Assembly (NCBI GenBank): GCA_002633005.1
Contig: NMRA01000146.1
Coordinates: 555,981 to 619,980 of the forward strand
Source of the DNA: Phoronis australis
Taxonomy: Eukaryota; Animalia; Phoronida
Direction of reading: 5' to 3'
Length of the DNA stretch: 64,000 nt
Positions 14,101 through 29,100 of the stretch are shown here, one piece after another (the stretch's first letter is position 1; every line of letters starts with the position of its first letter). Both the position numbers and the translations under genes were made by a program. The notes beneath the pieces were generated by a model. It did not search any database. It saw only the letters and a program-made list of their open reading frames with translations, and was not told the DNA's origin.

Positions 14101-17100
14101 CTTTGAAGAACTCTTCTTCCAGAGCTTGTCAATGTTAACTATTCTCTTGTTAGGTTATTCCAACAGAAAAAAACATGACAGCATCCATCGCCTCGCATTG
14201 TATATTCAGAAGGCTGTGAAACTGCTATCCGTGTAAATATTCTGAATATACGTTTAAATTTATGTATTGATGTATGAGTAGGCAAAGCCTACGATGTACA
14301 ATTAACATTATTATATTATTATTATTATCCAATGCCCATGGAGTATCACAACTGAGCTGATGACTGGGATTTTGGCAGGAAAAGGTTGGGTACACTTAAA
14401 ATTTATCCGTGGATACATTACGTTAAGTCCGTCACCTTCCCGACATCAATCAAAACACGTGGCCGTGTTAGAATCCACGACAGGACCGGAGGTCTTACAT
14501 GTATCTTCTTTTCTGAATATGGAATTCGAAATCATTTCAATATTTTCTATTCTACTTAAATACGAACTCAATATACATATACATTTATATATGGCGTTGT
14601 ATACATGTATCCTGTGTCAATGACAGAGCTGTTTTGATTATTACGTCCTATTCATGCATCATCAAGATCACCAATTTTAGGCTGACTATTAAAAATAGTA
14701 CCGTAAAAATTCACTCACCGTCAGTCGCCTTGAACGCGCTTGCTTTGAAAAAGTTGGAGGCCGACATGTTTTTAAATGTAATCGGATGTCCCCTGTTGCA
14801 TGCAACGCATTTATATGGGTACCAATTATATTTAGATAACATGACACCCGAGCAGTTTATGTGCAAGCATTCTTCCAAACAGTCGATCTCGCTAGTCACC
14901 ATTACTGTTCGATTACGAGAACAAAACACTTCCATGCCTTTGCCCATGCGTTTTAAACCTGAAAGTGTGTCCAAAAGTACAGTTTAAGACTGGAATATCT
15001 CATATTATGTCGCACAACAATTGACAGGGCAACGAGTTCCATAACTGTTCAAAGTAAAGCCGCGGATCTTTGCTAATACTTGTACTCGATCAAGCAAGAG
15101 AGTAAGATGTAGGCTAACCACTTGCATAAAACTGATGTACCTAAGACAAATGTTATATTTAAATTTAAATCAAACTCAAATTTTTGTCAAGACAGTTTCA
15201 AGATAGGGATATTAAGTTTGATTATTTTTACTCAAGTTTAGTCTTAAATTCGAATTTCTTGGAATAGGCCTCTGCTCTCTAAACACCCTTGTCAGGATGA
15301 CCTGTTCCAGACTCTTTCAAAATTAAGCATGTGTTAATATCTTACCTCTTTTGAAACCCATGAGTGAACTAGACCAATTCATTTTTCAAATGTTGGTAAC
15401 ACACCCTGGGCGACATATTTGAAGCCACCTTACAGTTAAGACCCAATAAACAAGGAATAGGGAACATCAAAAATTTCTTTTGAAGTCATTTTACCTTTGT
15501 TAACCAAACTCAGCGGGTTTCAACACCGAGCAGTGTTCTGACGAGAATCTCAATAATAAGAACGTGTTGAGGGTTTATTGGGACTTTATACAGAACTGAG
15601 AGCACGGAAGTGACTTCCACGTGCTCGTTACTCATATTCGTTGACAAAACTATTACTTACTACAATGGGTCTCCATAGCAGACCTATAACAAGCTAAGCC
15701 CCTATGCGAAAAGTCACGTGACACCCGACAAACAAATAAACAAGGCTTGCATTCAGTAAGGCTAGGACCTACGCCAGGATCTAGCTAATATCTAGTCAAA
15801 ATCAGGTTTTCATCTAAAATGCAAGGCAATGTCTCATGTAAAGGTGACGACGAAAAAATATGTGTTCGAGGAAACGTATTCCGAGCCAGCAAAAATCCAA
15901 AGAACCCCACATTCACTCGCCAAATGACGAGGCCAATGAAGCGAAATGTTCATATAGACATAGGCATGTACCTTATAGTAGAATTATCTGTACAATGCCA
16001 AAGATCTCATGATCTTTCAAACGAAATCAATGAAGATTCATCGATTTTTTTCTGTCGTCTGCTAAATCTCGATAATGAAAAGGAGGTTACACCTGGTGGG
16101 ACCCCCGGATAAATGTACATCGAGCCCATAGCCATATATACGCATTTATAACCTTATAACGAAATATTTCGATTAAAAAGCTCCGGTTCATAGCTCAAGT
16201 GCACATTCATTTCGCCCTAGCCAAACAGTTAGCTCTGGTAGGTCTAGGGCTGTGTCCAAGTCAAATAAATACATGGAATGAGCCGTAATTGCACCATTAA
16301 GACATTTAAGTTAGGTCTACTTTCTCGTGAACTCCGCATTTTTGATGGTTCATTGCATAAATGTAGCTTTCAATTAATTCTAACTGTAGCATGATCACTA
16401 AGCTGTGGTGTGGTTACAAAAGATGACAGATCGGTGTAGTGGAAAAAATGACTACGTACAAAAATACCACAATTTTTTAAAGCTTCATCAATCTAAATAT
16501 CATGTTTGAACAACTTTAAAATGAGATATCTCTCACTATACAGGAGATTTGTATACTAGAGGCTCTCATCAAAAAGTAATTCAACTGTTTATTTTTTCGT
16601 GACAACAGCTAGAATAAGGCTTTGAATTTCAGTAAACCAGTGCCACTCCCTGTGCCAACCAAATCTCTCACGTTTGGAGAGAAATTCAGTTGAACGCCTG
16701 ACTACAGTCATATGAATAACAAAAATGTATCTTTGCTGCGAAACAAAACGGTGTCATTCAGGTTGAAATAAATGAAACATAATAACAATGTCCTTAAGAA
16801 CAACAATTTCCGTTGATCGACTACCGCTAAACTAGTGCTGAGATTCAGCAGGTGCCGCGATAAAAGCGGCCAGACGAGTGAAATTCCGGAGTCAAAAACT
16901 GAGATAGGCCTATGCTATAGCCACCAAACTGAAAAGTGCGTATCATGGAACAAATATATTTGTGTTTATTATAACGAAGTAATCAAGCAACATTGCCAAG
17001 TTCACCTGTTCGTGTGGCCGTTCACACAGTTTGATCGTGATCGCTCACACTTTTCGACATCACTTTTCGCCGGCATATTATTCTCGAGAAGCACAACGGC

Positions 17101-20100
17101 TGTCGGAATAATTAATGCCATATTAACACTGTTTCACAATTCTTATCGCGCAATTTCTTCAGGTATGGACTAAAATTAGTTTTACGTACGACAATATGTT
17201 TTTGTCGGGTAAAATGGCGGCTTGGGAACGCAGACGAAGGCGCGTCAAGAATGCTGCGTTGGTCAGTTGAGCCGCCATTCATAATCCTGGCGATAGGTCA
17301 TTTTAAAAGCAGAGGAGTTAATTCCACAGTGAGATCTTTGTCCACCCATTGATATTTCTAAAGGTTTGCCTCAATTTCGCAGAGCATTTCTTGATATCAC
17401 CGTGGAGCAGTGGAAATTTTCCCATATTATTGCAACAGTAAGGCTGTTGAAACCAATGAGCTCAATATAGAAGAGTTAAAATCACGTCGTTTAGGATGAG
17501 CGGAGTTGTCTGCCATGTTGATGATGATCCATATGAGTCAAGCTGCCTGTGTACTGTGTAATATCTAGGAATCAATATTGGTAACAACACGTAATTTCAA
17601 GAAAAACTCAGAGCTTTTATGTTTGGATCATCAAGTGCAAACTAGGATTTTTAGAAATGCATCCAAGAATATCAATACATACTTGAGCACAGAATTAAAG
17701 AGTCTAAACACTTACATTTAGTTTGTATTAAAGTACAGAAGAAAATATTAACAATAAAATTTGGTTATTTTGAGTATAAATATTAGACCCAGAATCAATG
17801 ATATAACTTTTAGTCTTTCGACTTTTATATATTGAAATTAAAATAAACTGATTTAGCGGCTGAGAATCCGATAGCAGAAACAATTATTCAACTTCATTTG
17901 GTCCCTAGAACACCCACTTAACCCGATTTCTCATGGTCTTTTACTTTGCTTCCTTGTTCGATATGCCTTTAAAAGTTTAGTGACATTCTACGCTCCAAAA
18001 TATCTGTTTATTTTCTAGTAACGAAGAAACATAAAAGTGACTACAATAGTTGTACGTTTTTACAAAATGGACACCAATTCGAAGATTTATTAATAGAGCA
18101 GGAAGGAAGGGGTACCCCAAGAATGCTACACCCCACAATGTTACATTGGGACTGTAGATGGGTTGTTTCTATAATGTTCAAGAAATGGGACAAATGTTAT
18201 GTAGCCTGGTAAGCCATACAAATCTTTAACTGTATTGCTTGAGGAAAACCATCTTGTTTATATTCTGTCCTGCTTATGGTCTTCTGATACAGTACATTAA
18301 TATATTGTTATGTAGGACCGTACGTGTAGAGTTTATGACCACTGAGTTTTGTCATGTTTATTTTGTGACGGAATGTAATCAATATAAATTTACTAATAAC
18401 ATAATTGTGTGCCAATAAATGTCGAATCCAACTGATTACAGGGATTGAATTAGAGTTGGTTGAAATCTGACTTTTGCTGAAGTGGAGTGCATGTACCCGT
18501 ACGATACAGTAACTTTCTATCTGCTGGAAATTTCCCTTTTACGTCAGGGTGTGATTTTACTGCGTGATGGTGATAGTTCGAAATAAATATATTTTGAAAA
18601 AAAAACAAAAATTAATTGTTCACAGGGTTGTTTTTGTGTGAAACTATTGTGTTGTCTTTTTCGTTCTCGGCGGCTATCAGAAAGAAGACTGCTTGTTACT
18701 GCGATTCCGCACATCATGGTCGGATAATGGGGGTACATTACATTGATAGGTGTAAAAACTGATATTGGTAAAAATTAATAATGCAAACGCCTTTTAAATC
18801 TCTAGTTCCGCTTATATACATGTATTTCAGTCGTCGTGTTGATTTACAACATAGTCTATGACACAGCTGTTTGAACTATGAGACCGTGCCGTTTCAAACT
18901 GTACAAACTACCAGATCACCACGCTAAGATAAATTACATGTAGGTACTAGGACAAGTGATACCCGAAAGTTCCTTAGTATAACCTGAAATAGACATTTCC
19001 AATCACCTTTAGGGAAATTTTGTCTGTGCAAATGCATTCTTCTACCTCCGTGTTTGGCCGCCCAAGTATTGGTGTTCACAGGCACACGCGGCTAACCGAT
19101 GTATATTTGCGTTTCTTATCAAATATTACAGGTTATTTTTGGTGTCTTTTGTGCATTCTTGTTTTATTCATTGAAATAATTAATGTTAACTTTTCAGTTT
19201 CTATAATGCTATCGTTTTGCAAAATTTTGCTCCCAACGTTTATTCAAACTGGCCTTTGCCCTTAATTCCGAATATGCACATGAACGTAAACATGTACCGT
19301 TCCATTGGTCAATTATTGCATACAATGACGCGACTTTTAAGTGCACGCATACTGTATGCGCATCGATTTCCATGGTTTTCCATTCAATTTTTTTCTACTT
19401 AGTTTTCAAGTGTTTCACATGAGCTCATGCATCAAATATTTTTGTTGGAATAAATCAAGTGGCTTAGGGTCAAGGAATTTTCATACCCATACTAAAAACT
19501 TTGGGAATGCAGTGATGTAATGGCGCACCAGAGAGCGTCCCTCTTGACCGCAGATCGTCTTGTCGGTTTATAAGCAATTGATAAATAGGTTCTATTCAAT
19601 TAAAACGACGAAACATGTTAATCATTGTATAATACCTCGTAGTATAACGGAAATATTTTCCAAGCTTTATATATTTCAGTGATTTTCTTTTAGACTGAGC
19701 CGGCAAAACCTCTCTGGCCATGGTAGCACTCCGTGAGAATTTCAGCCAAACACTGGGAATTTCGTCTTTGCAACGGCTTATATGATCGTTTAAGCAATGC
19801 GTGGGTCACAGGTTTACTTTGCTTTATGATGTCATTTTTAAGCCTCGTTAGTATTTAAAATTTCAAATTTTATTTTGAAAACTTCCCGGCTTCCATAAGG
19901 CCATCGTGTATTTGTTTACATAACGTTCATCGTCAATGTGGCGGACAGCGTGTCACGCACTGCCTGCCTTGCGTGTATAGGCGCGTAGTCTCTATACAGA
20001 CCTAACTCACGCGGCAGACATTAAAATCCTAAAGCAAGGCTCACTGCGATAAATTAGGCGGAAGTTGACACTGCGTGAGTTTAATGGCCGTGTTTCAAGT

Positions 20101-23100
20101 CCAACCTGGATATTAAATCTTAAAAATGTCGCTAATTAACCACATAGATGTAGAAAAATACATTAGAGAACAAGCCAATTCACCACAAAGTTGTCTGGTG
20201 AAAGGGTATACGTTTTTTCGTTAAACTACGTTCGAAACATGAAAAGCAACTTAAATATGACCAAACTGCGGCGATCGTGGAGTTACTGATTAGGTATTAT
20301 GCTCAATGCAGGGCTACGTTGTTGACAAAAATGCTTTCTACACGAACCACGTCATCTGCTTGCATTGTTGACGAGTTAAAGATATATTCGACAGTGGTGG
20401 CTTATAGCATTTTGTTGTCATGTGCAATTAGTCACATCTGGTGTAATTTGTTGATCAAGAATATTAACAGCAAGCATAATAGCCTATGTTTTGGTGAGGT
20501 AAGAACTACCAGGACTAACAGTTGATTTGTCATTCATCTGAAAGAATAACTGATGTTATTAAATATATTTTTATCAAAATAAAAAACATGCAAATAAAAC
20601 TTGATTTGACTATTTTATGTTTTTTTTTATTATTTGACTATCAGTTCTGCTTTCTTGGTTTTAATAATTCTTACGTCTATTTCATGTGCAAGGTTCCAAC
20701 TATCAATCTGGACCAATTTGAATTTTGAAATTAAAAGACCTGTTTCGCTCGTCCAAAGCATAATCTCTTTTCAGAGCTCAGTTTCGTTTAACTGGACAGA
20801 GCAAGCATAGTTATGTTTCTTCCGGGGCCTCGTTCATCCGAGGGGAAAGGCGCCTGTAACCTCGGAGAGGGGAATTTTTTCGCCGAGAGTGGGGGAAAAT
20901 CTACCTCCCGATCATCAATAGCACCCCGCCCTGTTGCAATCTCTCATAGGCAGTCTCAAGTAGTAGTTTGTGCTCTTTCAAATTGTCACCTGTGTTATTA
21001 CAGGTGATTTGAATCTCGGAGACCACTTTTCAATCACCAGGGGAATTTCAGGCCTCTTGGAGGGAATATCGGGGGATTTTTCAATACTCTTGAGAGGGAA
21101 ACAGGGCCAATATTCGGCCCCAAAATCGACGAATTGGAAGACCCTGTCCTTTTTATAAAAAAAGCATCATGTTTCAACCCGTAGTTATAAAAATACAGTC
21201 TGGCTAGCCGAGGATTCTCCGGTCGTGGGCATGGTGGTTGGCAACCGAGATGTGACAAAATATGATTTAATTTTTCGAAAACATAAATTTTGCACGAACA
21301 TTTTTTCCTTCGTTGCGGCGGCAAAGACCCAAGACTTCCGACTCTCAACGTCCTTTGTAATTGTAAAACAGACAGTTGAGTGTATGTATTTTTTTCTAGC
21401 TGTTCGAGCAACACGGAATACATACAACCAGTATGCCGATAAGCCATCAGCGCTATCGTAGCGAGCCTAGTTTTGGAACGCGCCTCCTGTCGGCGTGAGT
21501 TAGGTCTATATATAGCTCATTGGTTGAAACGTTGTTGATAGCAGTAAGATGAAACCTCTAATCACTTCAATGTGGCGCGGCTATTTCGAAAGTCATCTGT
21601 TATTCAGGCAGTGGGCGCTAGTGATCTTTGTTCATATTCCCGCGAGAATGCGGAACGAGTATCTACCACCATATTATTGCTAGGCGTTTGTGAACTGATC
21701 AGTGTGCGTAGCAGGGTTAATTTTTTTGTCTTTTAGACAATATGCCTGCCCGTTTTGCGAGTCAAAACTGCGTCCAGGGTTACGACATATATCCAGAATT
21801 ACTCCCCAAAATTAAAGTCTGAAGTTACAACCAATTGCTGTATGATAGTCACTTTGCTGGGTAAATTTCATTCACGAAGACGATGCTTAATTTATGCAGT
21901 TTTATATGCTTGCCCGTTTTCACAACAAGACTGGAATATTTATTGGGAATGAAATGAATCTTGAAACTCGGGTTGTATCCATACTGTCAACTCTGCTACA
22001 GAAATTGTCTTAAGAATGTCGGAACCAAGAGAAATGTCAGAAACGACAGCCAAACCCTCATATATAATTTCTGTGTGTTACTTGTCTTACCGGAGATTTC
22101 AACAAAGTTACAGTTGAGTCAAACAGTGGCAACAGTCATCAGTTTCTCAACATTCTCTCCATCTCTCCACCTTGGGATAGATAAGATCTAACTCGTGCTC
22201 AGAATTTATACATGTACGACACAGAACATCAAGTAGCAATGACACCATTTCACTCACAACCACAAACAGTAAATACGTAATTCAACGAGAGGTTTGAACA
22301 CAATCTTATTGACTTACATTAGATATTTCAATACGTTCGAAAAGGTAACGTCCTTGTTTACCTTCGAAGTATCATCACAAATCCTAAAAATTTGTAGTCT
22401 CTGGTTCGATCTGGTAACAAAGTGTACAAATATTCTGCTAACAATTAATCGTCAATACAAATGATTACTTTGAATAGAAAATAACCTTTATTGGTGACTG
22501 ATAAGGAGAAACTGCTCAGATAAGCATGATTCCGCTTTCCCCAGAAACAATCTAAACAAGAATGACTTTCTGCGCGTACTTCAAATGGGTAGTAATACTG
22601 TATATCTAGCTTTATGTGGTAAAGCAAACTCATTAAATCGTTTTAACAACGCGTTTTTAGTTTTTGATTTTTAAGTTCGCTAATATAAATAAATTGAATA
22701 CCATAAAATCTCCCTAAACGTACACATCATAACCCAAATAAAAGATTTTTTGAATTTTGAAGACACATTGGTTATTTCCAAATTCGTGTTACGAAAGGAA
22801 GATGTGTGGTCACTTGCAGTGGCATAAGGTAGCAGGCTAGAAGACGAGGGGATTTTGAGCAAGACCTAGGCTATTAATATGAAGCTAGAGATGTGAGTGC
22901 ATACTAGCCTCAAACTCAAGTCCCCTCCCTGAATACCTCAACGCACATATTTCTGAATGGATGTCATACCACTTCAAAATGCTCTGTTCCGAGCATATCG
23001 AAGCTTTGGATAATTTATACGGTCAATAATTATGGCCTCACCCGAGAGTAAGCCGATTCGTGTAGCCGTCGTATTTGCGTTTTGCTGGCACGTAGCCAGG

Positions 23101-26100
23101 GGGTTAGGAGGTTTCAATCGAAACCATTTCTCTGGTTCGTAAAACAAAATTATTACGTTTAAATCTCTTGGCTGTTTTTTTAGTGAAAGGTATACGAAAA
23201 ATCATTGAATTCCTTACGATACATCAATGAAATTCCTTTTGAGCCACAAGGGATATATCATGAACTCTTCAAGTTCGCAGTAGGTACATGTAGTTTCATA
23301 TTTGTTAAATAGTAAAACTAACAAAACTAAAACGACGAGCGTCGGTACTAAAATACATTAAAATATCCGATGCGCTCCTTGTCAAGGGTGTGCTACAGAC
23401 TGCTGAGTACATTTAGATGGATCTAATATAAAATGGCACGGAAGACCACATGGCAGACGATCTTTCACGATAACGGAGAGGTCCCCATTGGGGAACATTT
23501 CAACCTCCAAAGCTCTACTACCAGTGACCTCAATGTACTGCCTCTCACTCTCCCCCTCCCCTCCACTCCACCTCCCCCTCCCATCCCCCATCCCCCGCGT
23601 CCTTGTTGATTTAAGATACAGTAACAGTTCCAGGTGAATATAGATGTTGTATTTGCCCTTCGTGTACGCCTGCTTTGCGAACAATATGCTGTGAGCTCCA
23701 AGCAGATGATGTGTTCCATCCCTTCTGCGGTTGACCAGATGTTTTGCGTTGGCACGTTGTTACATACCGTGCACCATGCGCTTTTGAAGCGCTTCAAATA
23801 GATGGAAGCATCACCGCTCTGCATCTGTCTTTGGCGATTACGGAGAGGCGATGGTAAGAGTAATTTAACGCGCTGAGTTTTCTGAGCAGTTTTGACACTT
23901 TCCTGATCATTCCCTCACTTGGAGTGCAGGTGGTGACAATTTGTCAGAATTTGTTGGACTTTGGCGTCCGGGAGTGAAAAAGTTATACCAGTGGAATCGA
24001 TAAGAAATCCGGTGTATTCCACATACGGTCCAGGGTCGAGATCACACGGTCTCAGTTTATCATTCACCCTAAAGGCCCAGTCATACAGCCGATCACGCAT
24101 GAATCACTCATACAACACGCACAAATTCAATTTGTCGAGAAATTGACCAAATTTTCCGGGTGTAGAGGTTAGAAATCACTGACAAATAACTGACGAATCA
24201 CCTATGGCCCACGCACATACATGTATCACTTACAATCACTGAGGAATCACTGACATATCGCGCATATCGACGAATACAAGCCAAAATGATCTGGTATTCC
24301 ACGAACCTTCGACGCATGCCTCACGCATGAAACACTGACGGATCACGTTCAAACACTTTTGTAAGTGATTGTCAGTGGATGTCAGTGGAATGAGCGTCAC
24401 ATATGCGTATTTCGTGCGTGATATGAAGGTTGGGCATCAGTGGACGGACGTGGACATGCGTGATTTCGAACCAGTTCTGACGCATAAGCACTGATAGCAA
24501 ACGTGTGTCCAGCGCATAATCACGCATACTCGACGCATAAACTACGCACGTCAACTCACGAATTACGCACACCGACGCAGAGTTGTGCGTTGGGAAATTT
24601 TTGAACCGTTCAAAACTCAAAATCGCGCACAAACCCCGCTCGACGCACACTTACATTCACTGATGCCCCACGTTGGTTCCACCGACCAATTACGCATACG
24701 ACGCAAGCTTCACGCATAAGCGGAAATCTGTGCATGACTCATGAGAGATTCATGCGTAATCGGCTGTATGACAGGGCCTTAACATCTATCGTCTACTGAA
24801 CGCCACATCGCTCTCTTTCATCATTTTTTCTGGGATTGGTTGAGAAATATGATTTTCACTTTACACAGGCGGGTAAAACTGAATAGAGCAACGTTTGGGA
24901 TGAGCTCAGACACAGTTTTTGGTAATAATTACTTTTAGAGGTTGTATCTCCCTAGTACATTGACACACGCATACACACACACATGCGTGCGACACATATA
25001 ACACAAAATAACTTACGTGGCGACAGATCTATATCGCTGATTTCATACTTCCTCACCAAACCCCAAGAGTAAACTTCTTCTGTCTCGAACTTATAGGTGA
25101 AACCAAGAAGCTGGCAGTTGATGTGGGGATTCAATACGGAGGTAGGTTGCCACCTGGCACCTCGACAGACTCTGTGTGGGCTTTTTACACACAGTCTCTC
25201 GCAATCGCTAAGTGTATACGCCGTGTGGTTACCCCTCACTTTTGCACGGGGTACGTTTCTATATCGAAGGTAGTCCACACCTATGTAAAAGATGAGTCAT
25301 AAGCCATGGCTTGTGTAATGGGGCTGAAGTGCTGGTTTTGCAACGGATAGTTCCGAAAATGTAGTTAGGGCACGTACCCTGTAGATACCATTGCGAATTC
25401 CCGATGGGCTAATGTAAATAGGGCGGTAGATTCCGGCATACGTACTACAACCGAACCCCTTGATGCATTTCTGGTGACATGTCATTGATTTTAATAATGG
25501 CTATGGGGGCCACACAAGGGGATTTACAGGCAGCATCCAAACTTTTGAGGTTATACTTTATATAAATTCTTTTGTGTTGAGCAATGTATTCAATCTCCGC
25601 ATCATTAGTTGTGACTTAGATTCGTGTTTTTGATAAACAATCACTTTGACAGCAGCATCTATTCTGCTATTTAATTGAATTACATGTACAGTGCGGCGTG
25701 AAACAGACCGAGTTGCTAACCAATTTTTTTCTGTCCTCGAGAGTTTGGACGCCGTTTGTAACAGGTCAGGCCAAAATAAACCTTTGGCACTCTATTACTC
25801 GTCTGTGCCGGAGTTCGAAAAACGGTGTTTCCATTGGACATTTGCTTCATTTCTGAAGAATTATATGCAATAATTTTCTTTCCGTTGATTTCAAAACGCT
25901 AAAAGTGTGGAAACTTAATTTTGAGTAGCGTTTGCGGTCACAGTTGTGTGGGAATTAGCGGCATTGCAAACTGACTGTTTATCAATGACTCGATATTAAA
26001 ACTTTGGACAGTTTGTATTACATCCAAAATACTGCCTTACATTATTGTGGCGTTTTCCACGGCGACTTGTGTCTTGAAGTGTCTCGGTAGCGTCTAGGCG

Positions 26101-29100
26101 AAGTGCATGTGACCATGGCCTTACAGCTCTTGCCAACATGTGTTCATCGCATAGACTTTTGTGAATCTTCATCTCAGGCGCAACCAAATTGACATTTTGC
26201 GGCATATTAAATGTTTGATTTCGGTAGGCAGCTAGTGAAACATTTGACCCCTTAAAACCGCAGGGGAAATGCCCCAGTAAAAAACCGAAGGGGTAATGGC
26301 TCTGTAAAATGTGACATGTCTGATACTTGAAGTTAATATATACATCATTAGATATTCCTAAATAATTCGTGGTAACTTTTGTTCTGGTATAGTGTGGAGT
26401 CCGTCGTTTGAAAACTGCTTTTAACCAAAATTCTGAATTGCAACTCACCTTTTGTATGGGAATACTTTGTGTAGTAGGGTGGGTCGGGATTGTTCCTGAC
26501 ATATTCTGTCGTCATCTCTCCTACTTCCGCCTTCAAGATCCGGCATTGATCGTCCCAGAAAGTAGCGTAGTCGCAAACCACACGACTGCAGTATTGTGCA
26601 CAGTTGAACTCAGACTTAATAGAGGGCACTGCTATGGCACTGGTTAGAAAGTCCTTGAATTTTTTCCTATGGTTCTCGTGGTAGAATATGCCTTAAACAG
26701 TAATGGGATAGCCATAAGGATTGAATCAACTTCATCAGTGTCAAAATTTTAAAATGGATGTCAACCAACTGGTTAGATGTTCACGCTACCCCTGATTCTG
26801 TAGTATAACTTGATAATTGATCTATTGCAAGCTCCGCCCTTTGCCAAAAGTCACGCTAGACCCGACAAACAAACAAGATGTCAGAGGTAAATACACTATC
26901 CCTAAACGACGTTCTTGGTTGAATTGATGAATTTTTTGAACTGTCCGAAAAAACTTCGAGAAAGACAACAGGCGATGCTTTTCAGCAAAGAAGCCAACGT
27001 TCATCATGTGGGAATATATAAAGGTGACAATGAAAAAGCTGTTCGAGGAAAGGTATTTCGGAGCCAGCGAAAATCTGACGAACCACACACGGGGTACACC
27101 TTCACCAGACAAATGACAAGGCCGCTGATGTGATATGTTCATGTAAAGCTGCGTATTTACCTTCAAGTCGAATTATCTATTCGATGACATAGATTTCAGG
27201 ATCTTTTGAATAAAATCATTGCAGATTCACCAATATTTTAATTCTGTCGTCTCCTAAAATCCGCCAAACGAAAAGTAGGTTACCACTATTGGGGATCCCT
27301 GGATAAATTAGGTCGAGTCGTTCACACTTTACTAAATTTCGAACGAAATATTTTGATTAAGAGAACTCAGGTCTAAATCTCAAGTACATACTCATCTTGT
27401 CCAAGGCAAACAGTTACTTCCGGTAGGTCTTGGGCTGGGTCCAAGTCAAAATATTGCACGAAATTGCACCAATAAGACATTTAAGTTAGGCCCACCTTCT
27501 GATGAACTTTGCATTTTTTATAGTTTCATTGCATAAAGGTAGCTTTCAGTTATTTTTAAACATAGCATCAGTAAATTGTGGTACGGTTACAAAAGATGAC
27601 AAGTCTGGTTGTAAGTGCCGACGCACTCTTGTGTTTGTAGTCTGACTATATTCGCCATCTGTTGGTGGTTTATGTGTTTGCTCTTCAGCTTCTACCGCGT
27701 ATATTTTCCACGTGACTAATTCTTCAATAGAATTTTGCATATGTATAACTGCTCGGCACACCATAGTTTATAGCTGTAACGCGCGCCAGCTTAGCTCATT
27801 CGTGCTTCAACGTTCTTACATGTATCTTGAGTTTCAATTAGTCGTGATCTATGCCGCAAATTGGTGTAAGTATTTTGTACTTAGTTTTGTTACAGTACAT
27901 AGTCAGTACTTCAACGTAATTGTAACGCGTACTCTGTAACTTTAATTAGCGTTGCCTCTAGTAGTTTGACGTTGTCCGAATAAGAATATATGCAATGTTT
28001 AACGTTAGTATTGTAACTTAGTAAACGACCAACGTATTGTTCAATTGTCTCATAGAACGTTTTTTGTATGTTACAGTTGAACCGAGTAACTATAAGAAAG
28101 AAACGAATAAAGTTTGTCAACGCAACTTATGCTCGAGTTCTCCATGTGGCTTTAACGATTTTCGCGACCACACTGGTGTAGCGGCAAAAATGGCTATTTA
28201 CAAAACAACACAAATTATGTGGTAAAGCTTCGTAAATCTAAACACCTTGTTTGAACAATTTCAAAGTGAGTTCCCTCTAACTTTACAGGCGTATTATATA
28301 CTAGGTTCTCCTTAAAAAACGTAACTCAATTGTTTATTTTTTGTGAAAACATCTCGAACAAGGTTTTGTGCTCAGTAATCCAGTGCCCCTCCCTGAGCTG
28401 TTCGAATCTCTCAATTTTGGAGAGAAGTTCAGTTGAACGTCAGCCTATGGGCATATGAATAACAAAAATATACTTCTGCTACGAAACAAAACCATGTTTG
28501 TAGGTTGCAATAAGTGAAGGTTAGTAAAAATATCACAACAATTTCCAGGGACTGTCGCTAGACTAGTGGTGCTGAGATCCAGCAGTTTCGGAGACAATGG
28601 CGGTCAGGAGAGTGAAACTCTGGAGTCAAAATCAGATACAGTAGGCCTACACCATAGACACAACACTGAAAAGAGCGTATCTTAGAACAAATATTTTTGT
28701 GGTTAACCTTCGAGTAATCAAGCAACATTGCCTAGTTCAGCTGCTCGTGTGGTCGTTCGCACAGTTTGATACATAAATAAATTTTTGACATCACTTTTCA
28801 CGGCTTCGGTGATGCCCAAAAAGTGACGGGATATTCTGGTGTCAGACTTACACACGCCATACCAACACAGTTTCACCATTCTTATCGCACAATTTCTTGA
28901 GCTATAGACTAAAATACGTTTTACCCGACAACGTATTGCTTGTAGGGTAAAAGAGAGGCTTGGAAACGCAGACGAAATGTATCAAGAATGCTGCGCGTTC
29001 TGATTGGTCAGTTAACCCGTCAGTCGTACTCCTGGCGAAAGGTCAGTTAGAGTTGAACGGAGCAGTAGCCTTGTGTTGTGTGCTGAACCTCGGTCCGTCA

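Noticed and set aside
21750-22350. CR1/L2 relic (LTGDFN and a possible LDIS...EKV remnant)
   Set aside because: Only two short motifs; too degraded to delimit.
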